Notes under the pieces: generated by a model
Databases searched by the model: none
What the model was told of the DNA's origin: nothing
Seen by the model: only the letters and a program-made list of their open reading frames with translations
Assembly: GCA_950097015.1 (NCBI GenBank)
Contig: CATNEN010000007.1
Coordinates: 9,672,001 to 9,736,000 of the forward strand
Direction: 5' to 3'
DNA: 64,000 bases
DNA from: Macrostomum hystrix
Lineage: Eukaryota; Animalia; Platyhelminthes
Made by a program: the position numbers and the translations under genes
Shown here: piece by piece, positions 1 through 12,600 of the stretch
How the letters are laid out: every line of letters begins with the position of its first letter
How positions within the stretch are numbered: the first letter of the stretch is position 1

Positions 1-464
1 AAAATGTGAATCAAGAAAGCTCCAACTGGAGTTTAAGATAAGAAAGACATAATAAGTCTGACGGTGGCACAATGACCTCACATAAGCTGCTGCAAGACTC
101 TGCATGACTCCTGCATGACTCAGTAGAAACCAATGGCCACTGTAGTATAACTACGCTATACAACTGCTATAGTAAAGTGGTCCTTGATAGAAACTCGAAT
201 TTCATGAGCGCGGTGAGGCCACACTAAAATGGCCTCACTAAAATGAGAGCTCACTAAAATCCCGACCTTAAGGCAAAGCCATTCCGAGAGGCACAAGTGA
301 TGTCTTGCATATTCGTGTACCTTTGTGTACTCAGGGGCTTGTGTACACAGGTGCGGTTCAACTGTCGCAGTTCCTGCTACCATTTTGTTTTAGTCAACAC
401 GACCAGTGATGTTTATTTTTACAGTAAAACACGATTGTTTTTAGTTAGTTGGCAAATGTTGTAG

Positions 465-682
465 GACTCTCGATTCAACACTTGGCCCTTTCCTGATTGG
501 CCTGAGGAGAAATTCCACCAACCAATGGGAGTGGAGCGATGGCAGCGAGCCCGAGGCGGGCACTTTCTACATGGGCCGGCCGCCTCCGAACTGCGCAGCC
601 CTGGATGCCAACTTGGCGCTGGTGATCGACGTTGACTGCTCGCAGCAGCTGCAGTTCGTGTGCCAGCTGACCAAGTACTCCG
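465..682 (+). CDS. PKD1-like exon: second half of C-type lectin domain 1
   Basis: tag|G..G|gt exon translates FLIGLRRNSTNQWEWSDGS...NCAALD...DVDCSQQLQFVCQ (CTL WIGL/WxDG/C...C..F.C motifs). The first half is missing, so the gene starts before the window. Confidence 0.85.
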
Positions 683-3600
683 GTAATGCACTGGCTTTCT
701 CACTGACCATTCGTGCTTTGAAGTGCTGTCGCACCAGCACTAATCGCACTTTCGTTTGAGCATTCTTCCTGAATTTATCTTCGTGTTCATGTGCATTTTC
801 TTCCTCCAGGGTACTCAGGCTCGTCAGACAAGCTGATGCTGGTGCAGAGGAAATACTGCGTTCTTGCTGCTTACAGGACAGGCCCATTGATCCCATACCA
901 AAGAGCATTGCGGCTGTTAGATATGGATAATTCCTCAACAAACCAGTTTACAACCACTGACAGCCGCTCGGGAGCCTACATAATGTATTATTCAGCAGGA
1001 TCCTGCAACTCTTTGAGTCCGCTTGGTCAAGCTGTTGTCTACCTGTTCTCATTTAGCAAGTGTAAGTAGGCAGCCTATAGGCCTTGTTCTTTCCTAATTC
1101 AAGCTTTTCTGACACTGACATTGTACCATGAGACAGCAAAGCCAAAGCCTATAGGCCTTGTTCTTTCCTAATTCAACAAGCTTTTCTGACACTGACACAG
1201 TGTACCATGAGACAGCAAAGCCAAAGCCTATAGGCCTTGTTCTTTCCTAATTCAACAAGCTTTTCTGACACTGACAGTGTACCATGAGACAGCAAAGCCA
1301 AAGCCTATAGGCCTTGTTCTTTCCTAATTCAACAAGCTTTTCTGACACTGACACAGTGTACCATGAGACAGCAAAGCCAAAGCCTATAGGCCTTGTTCTT
1401 TCCTAATTCAACAAGCTTTTCTGACACTGACACAGTGTACCATGAGACAGCAAAGCCAAAGCCTATAGGCCTTGTTCTTTCCTAATTCAACAAGCTTTTC
1501 TGACACTGACACAGTGTACCATGAGACAGCAAAGCCAAAGCCTATAGGCCTTGTTCTTTCCTAATTCAACAAGCTTTTCTGACACTGACACAGTGTACCA
1601 TGAGACAGCAAAGCCAAAGCAAATGACGTCTCTTTCACTGCAGCCTGCATGAAGCCGCTGCTGAAAGGCATACCTGGAGAGGTGAGCGTCAACCTGCAGG
1701 CGTCCAGCAGCCACTACAGGCGACATGTGAATTATTCTGCGGCCGGCTCTGTCGGCAGCTATGCGGGTGAGCCAATCTCCTGGGCTGACTCAGGCTGGCT
1801 CCATGAGAAATTAGCACCTGAATTATCGCATTTCAGATCACAACAAGTGCGTAGTGGTCCCTGGCGACTATCAGTACTACGACTACGAAATCGGAATGGC
1901 AGAAAATGGTCGACTTTGCGAAGCACAGAGCGTTTGTGGCGGCTACATTCCAGCAGGGTACCAGCCGAACAGCCAGTGCGCCTCCAGTAGGTCACAGTTT
2001 GCTGACTGCTGGCGATGGGAAACAAATGAATTTGAAACCTCGCTGCTGAGTGATTTTCAAAGCGAAGCAAACAGACTTTATATTACGCTTGATTGCATTT
2101 TACTGCATGGCTGAATTATGTTTGTGCGCAAACCTCATTAGTGTATTAGCGGGTTATAAGTAGCCATCAATCATTAAACGTTTCAGTAAGGGTTGCGGCT
2201 CAATTCGCCTGCTGTACTAGAGAATCGAGCTGGACCACCGTAAAGCGTTGCTTCGACATCAACAGTGCGAACTTCAGATGCGGTGAGTTAACCAAGTCCA
2301 ATTTTGAGTGCGTTCTCTGAAAAAGAAAATAGTGAACGAATCTTAAAACCTTTTAGTGCCGAACTATCTACCATTCAATGACCAGCAGGCGAAGGCATTG
2401 TACTCGGCAAGTTTTCAGAAAGCTTTCTTCTTTAATGACAAGCGGCTGCCAACCACAAGTTACAGTGAAAGCGAAAGTATTGTCACTCTGAGCACGAACT
2501 CAATTTCTTCCGGGATACCAAAGCATTTTTGGAGCCTGCTGGTTGATCTGAAATCCGTCCACTGCCTAGGATTAGCAGTCCTGAATTTTAGTAAGTTTAT
2601 ATATGTGGATTTCGCATAATCATTCCCGATTGAGAGCTGATTTGCAACCACGCATGACATGTGATAGGTGGCAAGCTTAATAACTTCACGGTTCGAGTGG
2701 GCGACATCTGGAACCTGAGCCTCGCTGATCTGGCGTTTCAACCGTGGCCCGTCTGTTACCGCTTTAATCTTCCGGAGGACGCGGCCTCGCCGCTGACTGT
2801 GAAATGCAGCAGCTCCATGTGCGGACGCTACGTGGCATTCCTGCAGGGTGTTGGCGTTGGACGGCTGTCAATCACCGGCCTGCAGATTGTTGCCGAGGAA
2901 GGTGAGTGGGGTTTGGCATGGTCTCTGGAAAATCCTCAGCATGCTGCACTTGGTCTGCACACCGAACATTTGTATTGGATTGGTTGGAGTCTAAACTGAC
3001 GACCCTCGTCTACTTGTCCGCTTTGGTTTCGTGCCAAATCAACAGACTGATCGGTATTTAAGATTGCCTTCGTGATCAACACACACGAGATCGAGATTCG
3101 AGTAGATTAGCATTACTGCAAACTCGACCCCACAATCAGAAAATCAGACAGTGTATTAAAACACGCAATTGTGACCGCTCACACAATTAACTTGATGATT
3201 GAATACAATTGACAGTTCTGAGTCAACATTTGCGCGCCAGCTGGACTCTGTGCTTGGGCTTTTACCCTGTACTCGTATGAGAGGCCCATTTGCCCTCCTG
3301 CCCACCAGGAGACGGAAACTGCTACGTTGACAATGAAACCATTGGTTTCGTCTCAGCTTCTTCAATGAATGAGGAGCTACGCATTGTTTAGCTGCCCACT
3401 GCGACCATTTCAGTGAACCTGGAGGACCGGACTGCGCATCCGATCATTATTCGCCGAGTGCCTCGCGACATCATGCAGCCGGCGAGCCAGACGAAGAACC
3501 TGACGATTCATGTCAGGCTAAGACTGAGTGGTGTGAAACTCTGGTTTACCAGCTTCTATAGTCACCAGGACATCCTCCGAGGGGTAGGTTTTGGGCCCCG

Positions 3601-6600
3601 AGTTTCGATGACGCTGAAAGATGTTTCATGTTGATCGCAGGTATTTCTAAACACTTCTCCAACATCAAAAAACGCCTTTCAAACTTCAGATTCGTTGGGA
3701 AATAGCCATTAAGGGCAATGGATCTCACGCTTTCATTGATGACTGTGCTGTGAGAACAGGCGACTCTGGAAATCTTATAAATCTGGCTGCCTTGATTCTC
3801 GCCTCTGGTACTTGTGTGGCGGCAGACACAGATGATTTCCAGCCACTGGGCCTGTCATGGACTCAAATGGAGGTCAATGTAACTGTACGCGGCATGCTCC
3901 TGGCGACTTTGCGAGTCGGAAATGCAATACACGCGATAGATGTGCAAAACATCGGGTACACCGTAACGGGGGCAGATACAGACAGCGAGAGGCCTCACAT
4001 TTTGTTCAACATGCCGAGTAAGTTGCGGCTTTATGACCGGCTTAAAGGACAAAAACGCGGGTCCTGGTTTGACTTGAAGGAAATTCGTTTAAACTCATTG
4101 CCTGTAGCACAAACCAGATTCATGAAAGTGCTTGAATCGAATTCAAACCTGCGAAATATTCTAAAATGTACAAAACTCTAATTGTAAGACTGCAATAAAC
4201 TCTCTCACAGATGACAGGCAGCTGGGATTCTGGGCTCCAGCTCTGAGCTATTCCACGTGTAACTTCATCGAATACCAACAGGTGAGAAACGTTTTGGGCT
4301 GTTTTAAAGTACAAGAAGCAGACGAACTACTAAAAACTGGCATTTCCTTGTAGGCCACATTTTCCAGCTACGTCACGGTATTCGTGGTCGCATTGCAAGG
4401 CGGATCCGACCGAGTTATCATCAACTCCGCGACGGCTCTCTCAATGCAGCAATATCTGTTCTCACACTCTGTGGACAAGGTGGCATTTTCCAACTATCCA
4501 CTAGTACGGGAAAACTTTATAATCATTTTTATTTAGAAAAGTAGAAAGTTTAATACAAAATGAAGGATAATTTTTCAACCCTGTCACAGGTATTCGATGG
4601 ACCGATGCGTGCCACAGCTGCGAGTTTTGTAGGCCTGGATCCGGAGGTGACCGGACTGGCGTTCCGCTTGTACGCTGCCCACTATGGCAATCCTGATAGA
4701 TGGGAGTCCCGCTGGATGCTTTACGGCTGCAAGTCTGGTGAGAAAACGAAGTCTGGTGAATGATTGCAGTTCTTGATGCTAGATTTGTACTTGCTTCGGC
4801 AGTACATACGAGTACACTAAGATTGCAACGATACAGAGATTTGCATTTGCCTGCGCAAGACACGCGAATTCGTGAAGCGTTTCATATTTTTTCAATGCAG
4901 GTGAGTGGCAGAGCGGTCTAATGCGCTTGCCTCTCGTACCAAGGTCCCTGAGCTCGATTCCGCAGCGAGGCCACAATCATTTGGGGCGCAGCCCCGGAGA
5001 GAAGGCTTGGGAGGCTTGTCGTGCAATTTACGCTCTTGAGAGCCAACTTCCAAGGCACAGTGAATTGTAAACTGCATGACGATGAGAAAGTCAGGGCTGA
5101 TGTACACACCTGTGTGAGCGTGTCTGTGTACAGTATCTGTGTGCGTTGCGTGCTCAGGAGTCAGCGACATGGGCAGAATCGCCTCCTGGCTGGCTGCGGG
5201 TCTAGTGTCACCAAATGATGTGCCATTGGCCGCAATAAATTTGTACACAATTTTTTTCTGGTAAGAGCCTTGGCACCTCATTCCCCTGTTGCAGATCGAA
5301 CGTTGCACAGACCACCTCCCGTTCCGATACACACTCGCCAGCTTGTGGTTGGCAGCTCGATATTAAACGCTCAGCGTCTTACTGATGGCATGAGAGCCAG
5401 TTTTTACGACACATTCGAGCTCTGCACCAGCACATCGGTAACGCCCTGGGTGGCCATCGACTTCGTATCTCTCAGACACGTCGAAATTGTTCTGGTCTGG
5501 GGCACGTTCATCCCTAGTGAGTGCCAGCGCAAGAGATCATGTGGACATGCAATCGAATCAAGGCTTCTCATTATAACCATCCCCTTTGCAGCAAACGTGG
5601 GTCAGGAATCGAATGTATACACGGCGATTTTTGCATCCAATCAGTCACGATACGATTCCACTACGTCAACTCAGCTAGCTCAAAACTGGTACTCAGTTTT
5701 GCCGAATCCCTGGCGAGCGACTGTTGATCTCGTACGGTTCACCGTATTCCAATTTTATACAGAGCATATGAATGCATTGTGATTCACTGCCTGATTGAAT
5801 TTCAGGTAGCCCGGCTGGTTGGCATTGCCAGCATCAAAGGGGACGCAATTTCGAAGACAATAAAGTTTGCTGAGCTTGAAGTCTACGGAAATCCTCTCGG
5901 TAAGTTTGGCTTTTGCTGTAAATCACTTGTCTGCATTCAGTAAGGTGACAGAACACACAAGCTGGCGTATGCGTACAGCGAGAATACAGTACGGGGCACA
6001 CCTCTTTCTAATCCCTGGCCTAAGTCCCAGGACTCCCAGCTAGTCGGCGTCAGGACACACGGACTGTCCGCCCAGTTATGGCACGAAAAAACCAAGACAA
6101 GGCCGCGACTTAATTTAGGCGTCTCGGGTTCGGCTGGCGTGCCTCGCTGGCAATATACTTGTAGTGTAGTGTAGCTGACAGGTGGCAAGGGTCTTCGACT
6201 CTTCGCATTAAGATAATATCTTTAACTGGGTGATCCACATTGTCGGAGAGAGAGAAAGCGAGGACGATGAACCGCGCATTTTATAATTCCATGGCTCTCC
6301 CCGGGCTGGGGGGGTGCCCAAAGCCACACGCACGGCCCCCGCCCCGCGCCCCACCACCCAAACTCAGAGCCGGCGCCAATCACAGCCGGCGCAGCAGGGG
6401 AGAGAGCCCGGGGTGAGAGCCAGACAGGGCGGTCCAAATGAGCCGACAGCCAACCAGCGCGCGATAAACACGCGATTAGGCAAATAACTAATGACACTTA
6501 AGAGGCAGGTAAACAGGCCGACGCAAACAATAACACGATGATGAGACACGATGAGACACGGGGGTTTGCATTCAACAGGCAATACTATAAGCACAGTTCG

Positions 6601-9600
6601 AGCGTCAATAAGTGAATGCTTGCATGTCCTGATGAACACATACCTTAGTGTGAGTCTATGCTTGATTAGAGAAGGCAAATCCCTCAGATCTCAGTATTTA
6701 AAGGTCGTCATTGCTTCCACATTCCTCTTTCCGCATTCACCCAAATGGCAGAAATCACGGACACCGAGTTCCCTCGCGCATTCGAATCGCATGTTGAGCT
6801 CGGCACTCGATTTCCCCCGACGGGAGTTCAGCCCACGGGAATCGATAGCAGCGGCGACTACTCAGGCAACATGTACTCGCTGCCGCTGCACTTTCCCGGT
6901 GATGAGAGCTTTCACCACGCTATGCTGCTCACGCCGAGCAGCTCTCTGCTGCTATTCCTGCCACAGGTGTTTATTCTGTCGGGCCTGCTGATGCGCGGCG
7001 GCTACCAGCACTACGGCAGCGGCCTCTACGGGGTAGTCAGGACGTTCAACATTCTCTATACAGCCAGCAGTGACAGCAGTCAGCTGCAGTACATCACGAA
7101 CCCAATCAGCGGAGCAGTGGTGTGTGGCTGATGCGTATTTGCTGTTCAAAAGTAAATCTTCAGACGAAGGAGCTCATTGAACTGTCTCGAGAGACAGAAG
7201 TAAAAAATCGTTAAGACAGCCAGGCCAGATCTCCCGCTCAGTTAAGTTGCTTTACTGAAATACTCAGAAGGATACAACCTTCTCTTTTTAAGGCTTTACT
7301 TAACGGGCCAAGCAACGAGATCGAGATCAGTAGGATCAGCTTCAACGGATCATTCTCAGTGCAGCTACTCAAGCTGGAGATCAAATCTCATTGTCAGAGG
7401 CCTCAAGTCAAGCTGGACCTACTGGGCTACCCTCGCGATCCAGGTAAGTTCACGTAGTTCAAATATTTCTACTCATTGAATGCGAGCGGCATTTTTAAGA
7501 GGCATTGGAAATTTCAGCTGCAATTGAAATTCCTGACGCAAGCATTACTGAAACTGCTCCTGGAGTTCTCAAAGTAGACTTCCAAGGCCACTACCATCTG
7601 AATGGAATTCTCATAAATAGAAGCAGCGTTGAGTACGCTAGTTTTCTGATCTCCTTCACTGAAATAGAAGGAGAGCCGCCCCGGAGAGTTGAGGTTCATG
7701 ACAGTGATTGGCTGGTAAGCATCGATGTTTTTGTAGAGCCATGCTGAGCTTCCGTTTCACTCATAAATTCAAAGTCTCTGTCGCATCACAGTTCGAGAGC
7801 AGCCGGTCACAGCATCGCCTGGAGCTGCCGATCCTGATGTCTCCGATCTCTCTCACCGTACAGCTCGTCAATGGGTCCCTGAGCTCAAAAGACTTCACTT
7901 TCATGGGAAAGCGGCTCACACCCTGCCCGCCAGGCTTCGTGCCGCATGGAGACTTGTGCTATCACCTGTCACCTGTAAAGGCTCTCTGGGACTCGGCCAG
8001 GGCAATGTGCCAGTCGTACTACTGGGCAGGAAAGAGAGGTGATCTTCTCATGGTGAAAGATCCCACAATGCTGAGCCTACTCTCCAGATGGTGAGTACTA
8101 TCGGGTATTGGGCAAGCATTGGATTTGAAAAATAGAAGCAATTTTGCAATGCTTTCTCAGGAATGATTTCGAGCTGCACATTGGAATGACAAGAAGCGGG
8201 TCAGGCTGGCTCTGGCTGGACGGGACATCCGTCGCTGAGACTCTGTGGAAGTTCCATCAGCCTTCCGAGATCCATGGCTTGTGGAGCATGAGGCAAGCGG
8301 CTCTAGTAGCTGCTGCGACAGGCGAGAAGCAGATGTTCGCCTGTCAGCTGCCCCAGGTTCCAGGTAAGACGAGAGAGTTCCCAGTTCACTATCGAAACAC
8401 GCCTAATGATAACGGCAATGATGCTCGCGATAAATGCTGCTTTTATAGACGCGGACCAGAGGCTGCTGGTGGGTCACGCAGCCTTTGCTGACTACAGGAG
8501 CAGCATTGGGGGCCAGACTGAGCTGGCTTGTGTGGCCCAGCCTGACCCCGGCGCAAGTCGAACTCTGCAGCTGCTCTACACTCGGCTGCACCTAATGGAC
8601 GAAAGGCTGGGCAAGTTCTCCGCAGGGCATCTGCAGACGTCGGAGAGCAGCATATTTGCTTCCAGCGTCACGGCAGGCCTGCTCGACGGGCTACCGGATG
8701 CCGACTACCACGTGGTGGACATCGAAGCCGCAGACAAAGGTGAAAAAGTTTCAACGTCAGTGCTCACTTTAAAACACGGTTATAATAAAGCTGTAAATAT
8801 GTTTTAAAGTGCAAAAAGTATAAAAGGAGTTGAGGCCTAGTGTTTAGAGTTTTTGACTCATGACTTGAAGGTCGGGGGTTCGATTCCCGACTCCACTGGG
8901 AAAATTTTTATCTTTTAGCAAGGCACTTAACTCTGCATTGCTTCAGTTCACCCAGCTATTAACTGGGTACCAGCTTCAGCTGGGGTAATTGAGGGTGTCT
9001 GGCGCCCCCCTCCCCAGTCCATGGACTGAACAGCCGTACACAGCCTTCAGATGCGCCACGCAATAACCGCGGCTGTGCTGTCGGCTGCATATCTGGCCCA
9101 ATCGGGGCAGGTGTAATCAATTGTTTTTTTAATTAAAAATTGCACAGCGACTCTTCTATTTCAGAATCTCTTAACGGTCTTCTGTCGAACCAGAGCCTCG
9201 CGCAAGTGACGGGCCACCCATTCTCGGCCTCTTACTTTGACGCATCGGGGGGCATTATCGGTCGCAAAATCCGTATGAGACGTAAGTATTTTGCACCTAT
9301 TTTACAAAGTTAATTGTGCTTGGAAGCCTAAGAACCTATGTAGCCTACGTATACACATGAGTGCATTTTAAGTCTACTTTAAAACTTTAAAACACCCCAG
9401 AAAACTGTTTGCTCGTCCTCGGAGATCCAGATAACTTCGTGTATCCGTTGAATGTGACCGCAAGGGGAAAAGCATGTCTGCAGACTCCGTGGAATGCGAC
9501 ACTGACATCGAAGAGGGACCTCAGAAACTACTGCATCACCAGTAAGCATGATTCTATAAGAACATTTTTTACAGAGAGGATTTCCGCGTTTACTCACCTG

Positions 9601-12600
9601 ACTGAAAACTTCCAGAAAATATCTCGAACAACCCCAGTTGCTTTGTGGACAACTCAACCACAGAAGAATGCATTCGACACAGCTGTTGTAAGAATGGGAC
9701 CTCATGTTCAAGCCGTCACTCACGCGGATCACAAGCCCTTTCTATTGCATGCTATTCTATTTCAGTGCACGACTATTCGCCATGGAGCTATCAGCTGTTT
9801 TCGCACAACCTGGCCTACTTCAAGACCGTGTACTTCAACGGTCTGAAGCTGAGCCCCAGTCGCAATGAGCTCGGCTTCCTCCTAGTCTCTACAAGTTACC
9901 TGGGCTCTGCAGCTACTGAGATGCACAGCCTGCTGGTGGACCTCAAAAGTCCTCACGTGCTGAATGGGATCGACATGGTTGGATGTAAGTGACTGCTGCT
10001 GTAAGTGATCCTCCAGTATTTGTCCACCGAACTGACCGCGCGGCTTCTTCCTTCCAGCCAGCGGCCAGTTCGGAATTCGATTGCTCACCGGGGCAGCCTG
10101 GAACCGGTCTCTCGGTGAGTCAGCGTTCAAGGAGTGGCTGCAGTGCGGAGCCATCGAGGTGCCGCGGTCTGGACCAAACTACTCCATTCCGTGCATAGAC
10201 AGCCCTCCCGCTCGGTTTGTGGCGATTGTGAGGAGAGCCGAGCTGGGGTTTCTCGATGTCTCCAGCTTCATTGTGTACGGCAAGGAGTGTGAGTTCGACA
10301 GGGTTAACACTTAGGCCTTTATGGCGCATGTGAATGCAATATTCAGTGAGAATTGATTCGCGAATTTGAATTCCAGATTATTCCCTTGACGAGCATGTTC
10401 AAGTGAGATTGGAATGGATGCCGGATGCAGTGCTCTCAGCGGCGCTGCCTCGTCAGCTCGTCAGCTTCCACGCGAGACTTCAGCGGCAGGGACTCAAGAT
10501 TTGGCTGACGGACCAGTTTGGCTACGATGCTGCTGTGACGAATGTGAGACAAGGGCCTCATGCTATGTACCATATTTGCTGCTTTGTAGGATTTCAAATC
10601 AATTTCCAGTGATTTTTTGTTTCAGAGACGCTACATAATCACGCTGCATGGCAACGGCAGTCATCTGAGATTCTCGGGCTGCAGCGTGGAGCACAAAGAT
10701 TACGGACATACGGACTTTCTGCTCGCTTACATCCCATCCAACGGGACAGCCGCTATTACCTTCGAGTCCGACGACTTTGCAAGCATCAGCGTCTCCTGGC
10801 AGCAGGCTGCAGGACTCACTGTGCTGACTGTGTCAGCCGAGGGTCAGGAACTGGCCAAGTGCCGGGACGCAGTGTTCGGCATCGCAGTGAGGAAAATCGG
10901 CTACTCCGGGGTTTTCCAGATGTTCAAACGAAGAAAGCGCAGCGTCACTGTGGAGACTGATCCGTTCACAGCAGCGAGCTTGGGGCCACACGTGTACTTT
11001 GATGCTCCAGACGAGAGCAGTATGGCTGCCTTCTCACCAGGCATTCTAGCAAGTACCCTTAACAATCCACTGTCCAGTGGTGTCTACGTACAGGTGTGTT
11101 TTAGACAGCTTGATTATCCGAACAAGCTTGAATTTTTTCCGTACAAACTAACTGACGAACACAAGCGCCAAAAACTGCAGGCAATATTTTCCGGGCAGTA
11201 CCGAATATTCGCAGTGGCCCTGGGTGGCGGGGCCGACGTCGCTCAAGTTGCTGGCTCCTCTACTTGCGTGATAAGTTTCAAAGTTGCTGTGAGTGCTGAT
11301 GGCTGGTCCTGGATGATGCACCGAAGCGGCAGGGTGAGTTTGTGACTTGATCCATTGCTTTATGCGAAAAAACTTACGGCTAAAGAAATACTTCTCACAG
11401 GAGTTCAGTGGCGTCTTCATGTCGAAGCACGTGACTCGCCATCGCTTGCTGCCACAGCCCGTAGTCAAAGGAATTCGTCTTCTGCCAATAAACTGGGTGC
11501 TCAAGCTGGAGCTAAAATGGGAGGTCTACGGGCGTCTGGAGGCTTCTTGTGAGTTGATTCTTTGAATATAATTTCTTGTTTGCTCTTGACAATTTATGGC
11601 TCAAAAATTATTTCAGTCATTCGGAGTCCTAGTCTACTGTCGAGGAACCAACCAACGAACTCGAACTCTGGATCCAGCACTGAATTTGCGGTTGACGGTA
11701 GCTATGTAAACCACGCTCTGTCAGGCTTGTGCTTTCAGTCCACAGGCAGTGCGGACTCCTACGTGTACTGGCTGGTCGACCTGCAGAACCTGCACCGCAT
11801 CGCCTTCATTTTCATAGTTGACATGGTTGAAACCATCGGTATGCAGGTCCATAAATTTTGCTGCAGAATAAATATATAAGTACCTTTCACATCTACCTGA
11901 AATTTCAGATAAAGTACAAAATATTTTTGAGGACATGCAGTCAGTCAGTGTTTTCATTAGCAACAGCACCAATGTATCTCTGGGCACTACCACCATCGCC
12001 GCTTGGTCGAGCGGGTACATGAAGAATCACACGTGGATGGTCAACGTGAATTCGGTACTTTCCCTAAAAACAAAAAATAACACTATAATACTAAAACTTA
12101 GGTACATGGACTAGATGAACAGAAACTTCTCTTTGTTCTCAGGTAGCAACGGTGGCTGGCTTACAAAGGCCATCTTCCTCTGGGAATCTGTCTGTGTGCG
12201 AATTCGAGGTCTACGGTTTTCCGCTGATAGGTGAGTTGGACAATTTTGAGCTGGCTCGTCATCAGAATCTTATCCGCTGCTCCATTTCACCGGCAGATTC
12301 GGAGTACTACATGAACTCTGCCATCGGACTTGCTGACGGGCGAGTGCAGATGACCCAGCTCACAGTGAGTCCGGTGCCCACGCCCCACCCTGAAAGCGGC
12401 TTCTACCACCCTTCGCCTTGGATGTCAGGACTGAACAGGTCCCAGACCAGTGGCCTCCCACCAGCAGCTTTTCTTTCAACCGGTAAGATTTGGCGATGCA
12501 ACTGACAGAAATGCATTCAGAAATGCATGGCTGCAAAAACTTTTGCATTTTCGCAGCAGATTCGTCGAGTTTCCTGGACATCTGGCTGGATGTCCAGCAC

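Noticed and set aside
567-941. 124-aa minus-strand ORF and other antisense ORFs over the polycystin gene (e.g. 28283-28948)
   Set aside because: They are shadows of plus-strand exons that carry clear domain motifs.
8826-8895. Possible tRNA-Met (CAT) gene
   Set aside because: The anticodon and D stems do not pair well, and the sequence runs into a CORE-like body, so it is a SINE head.
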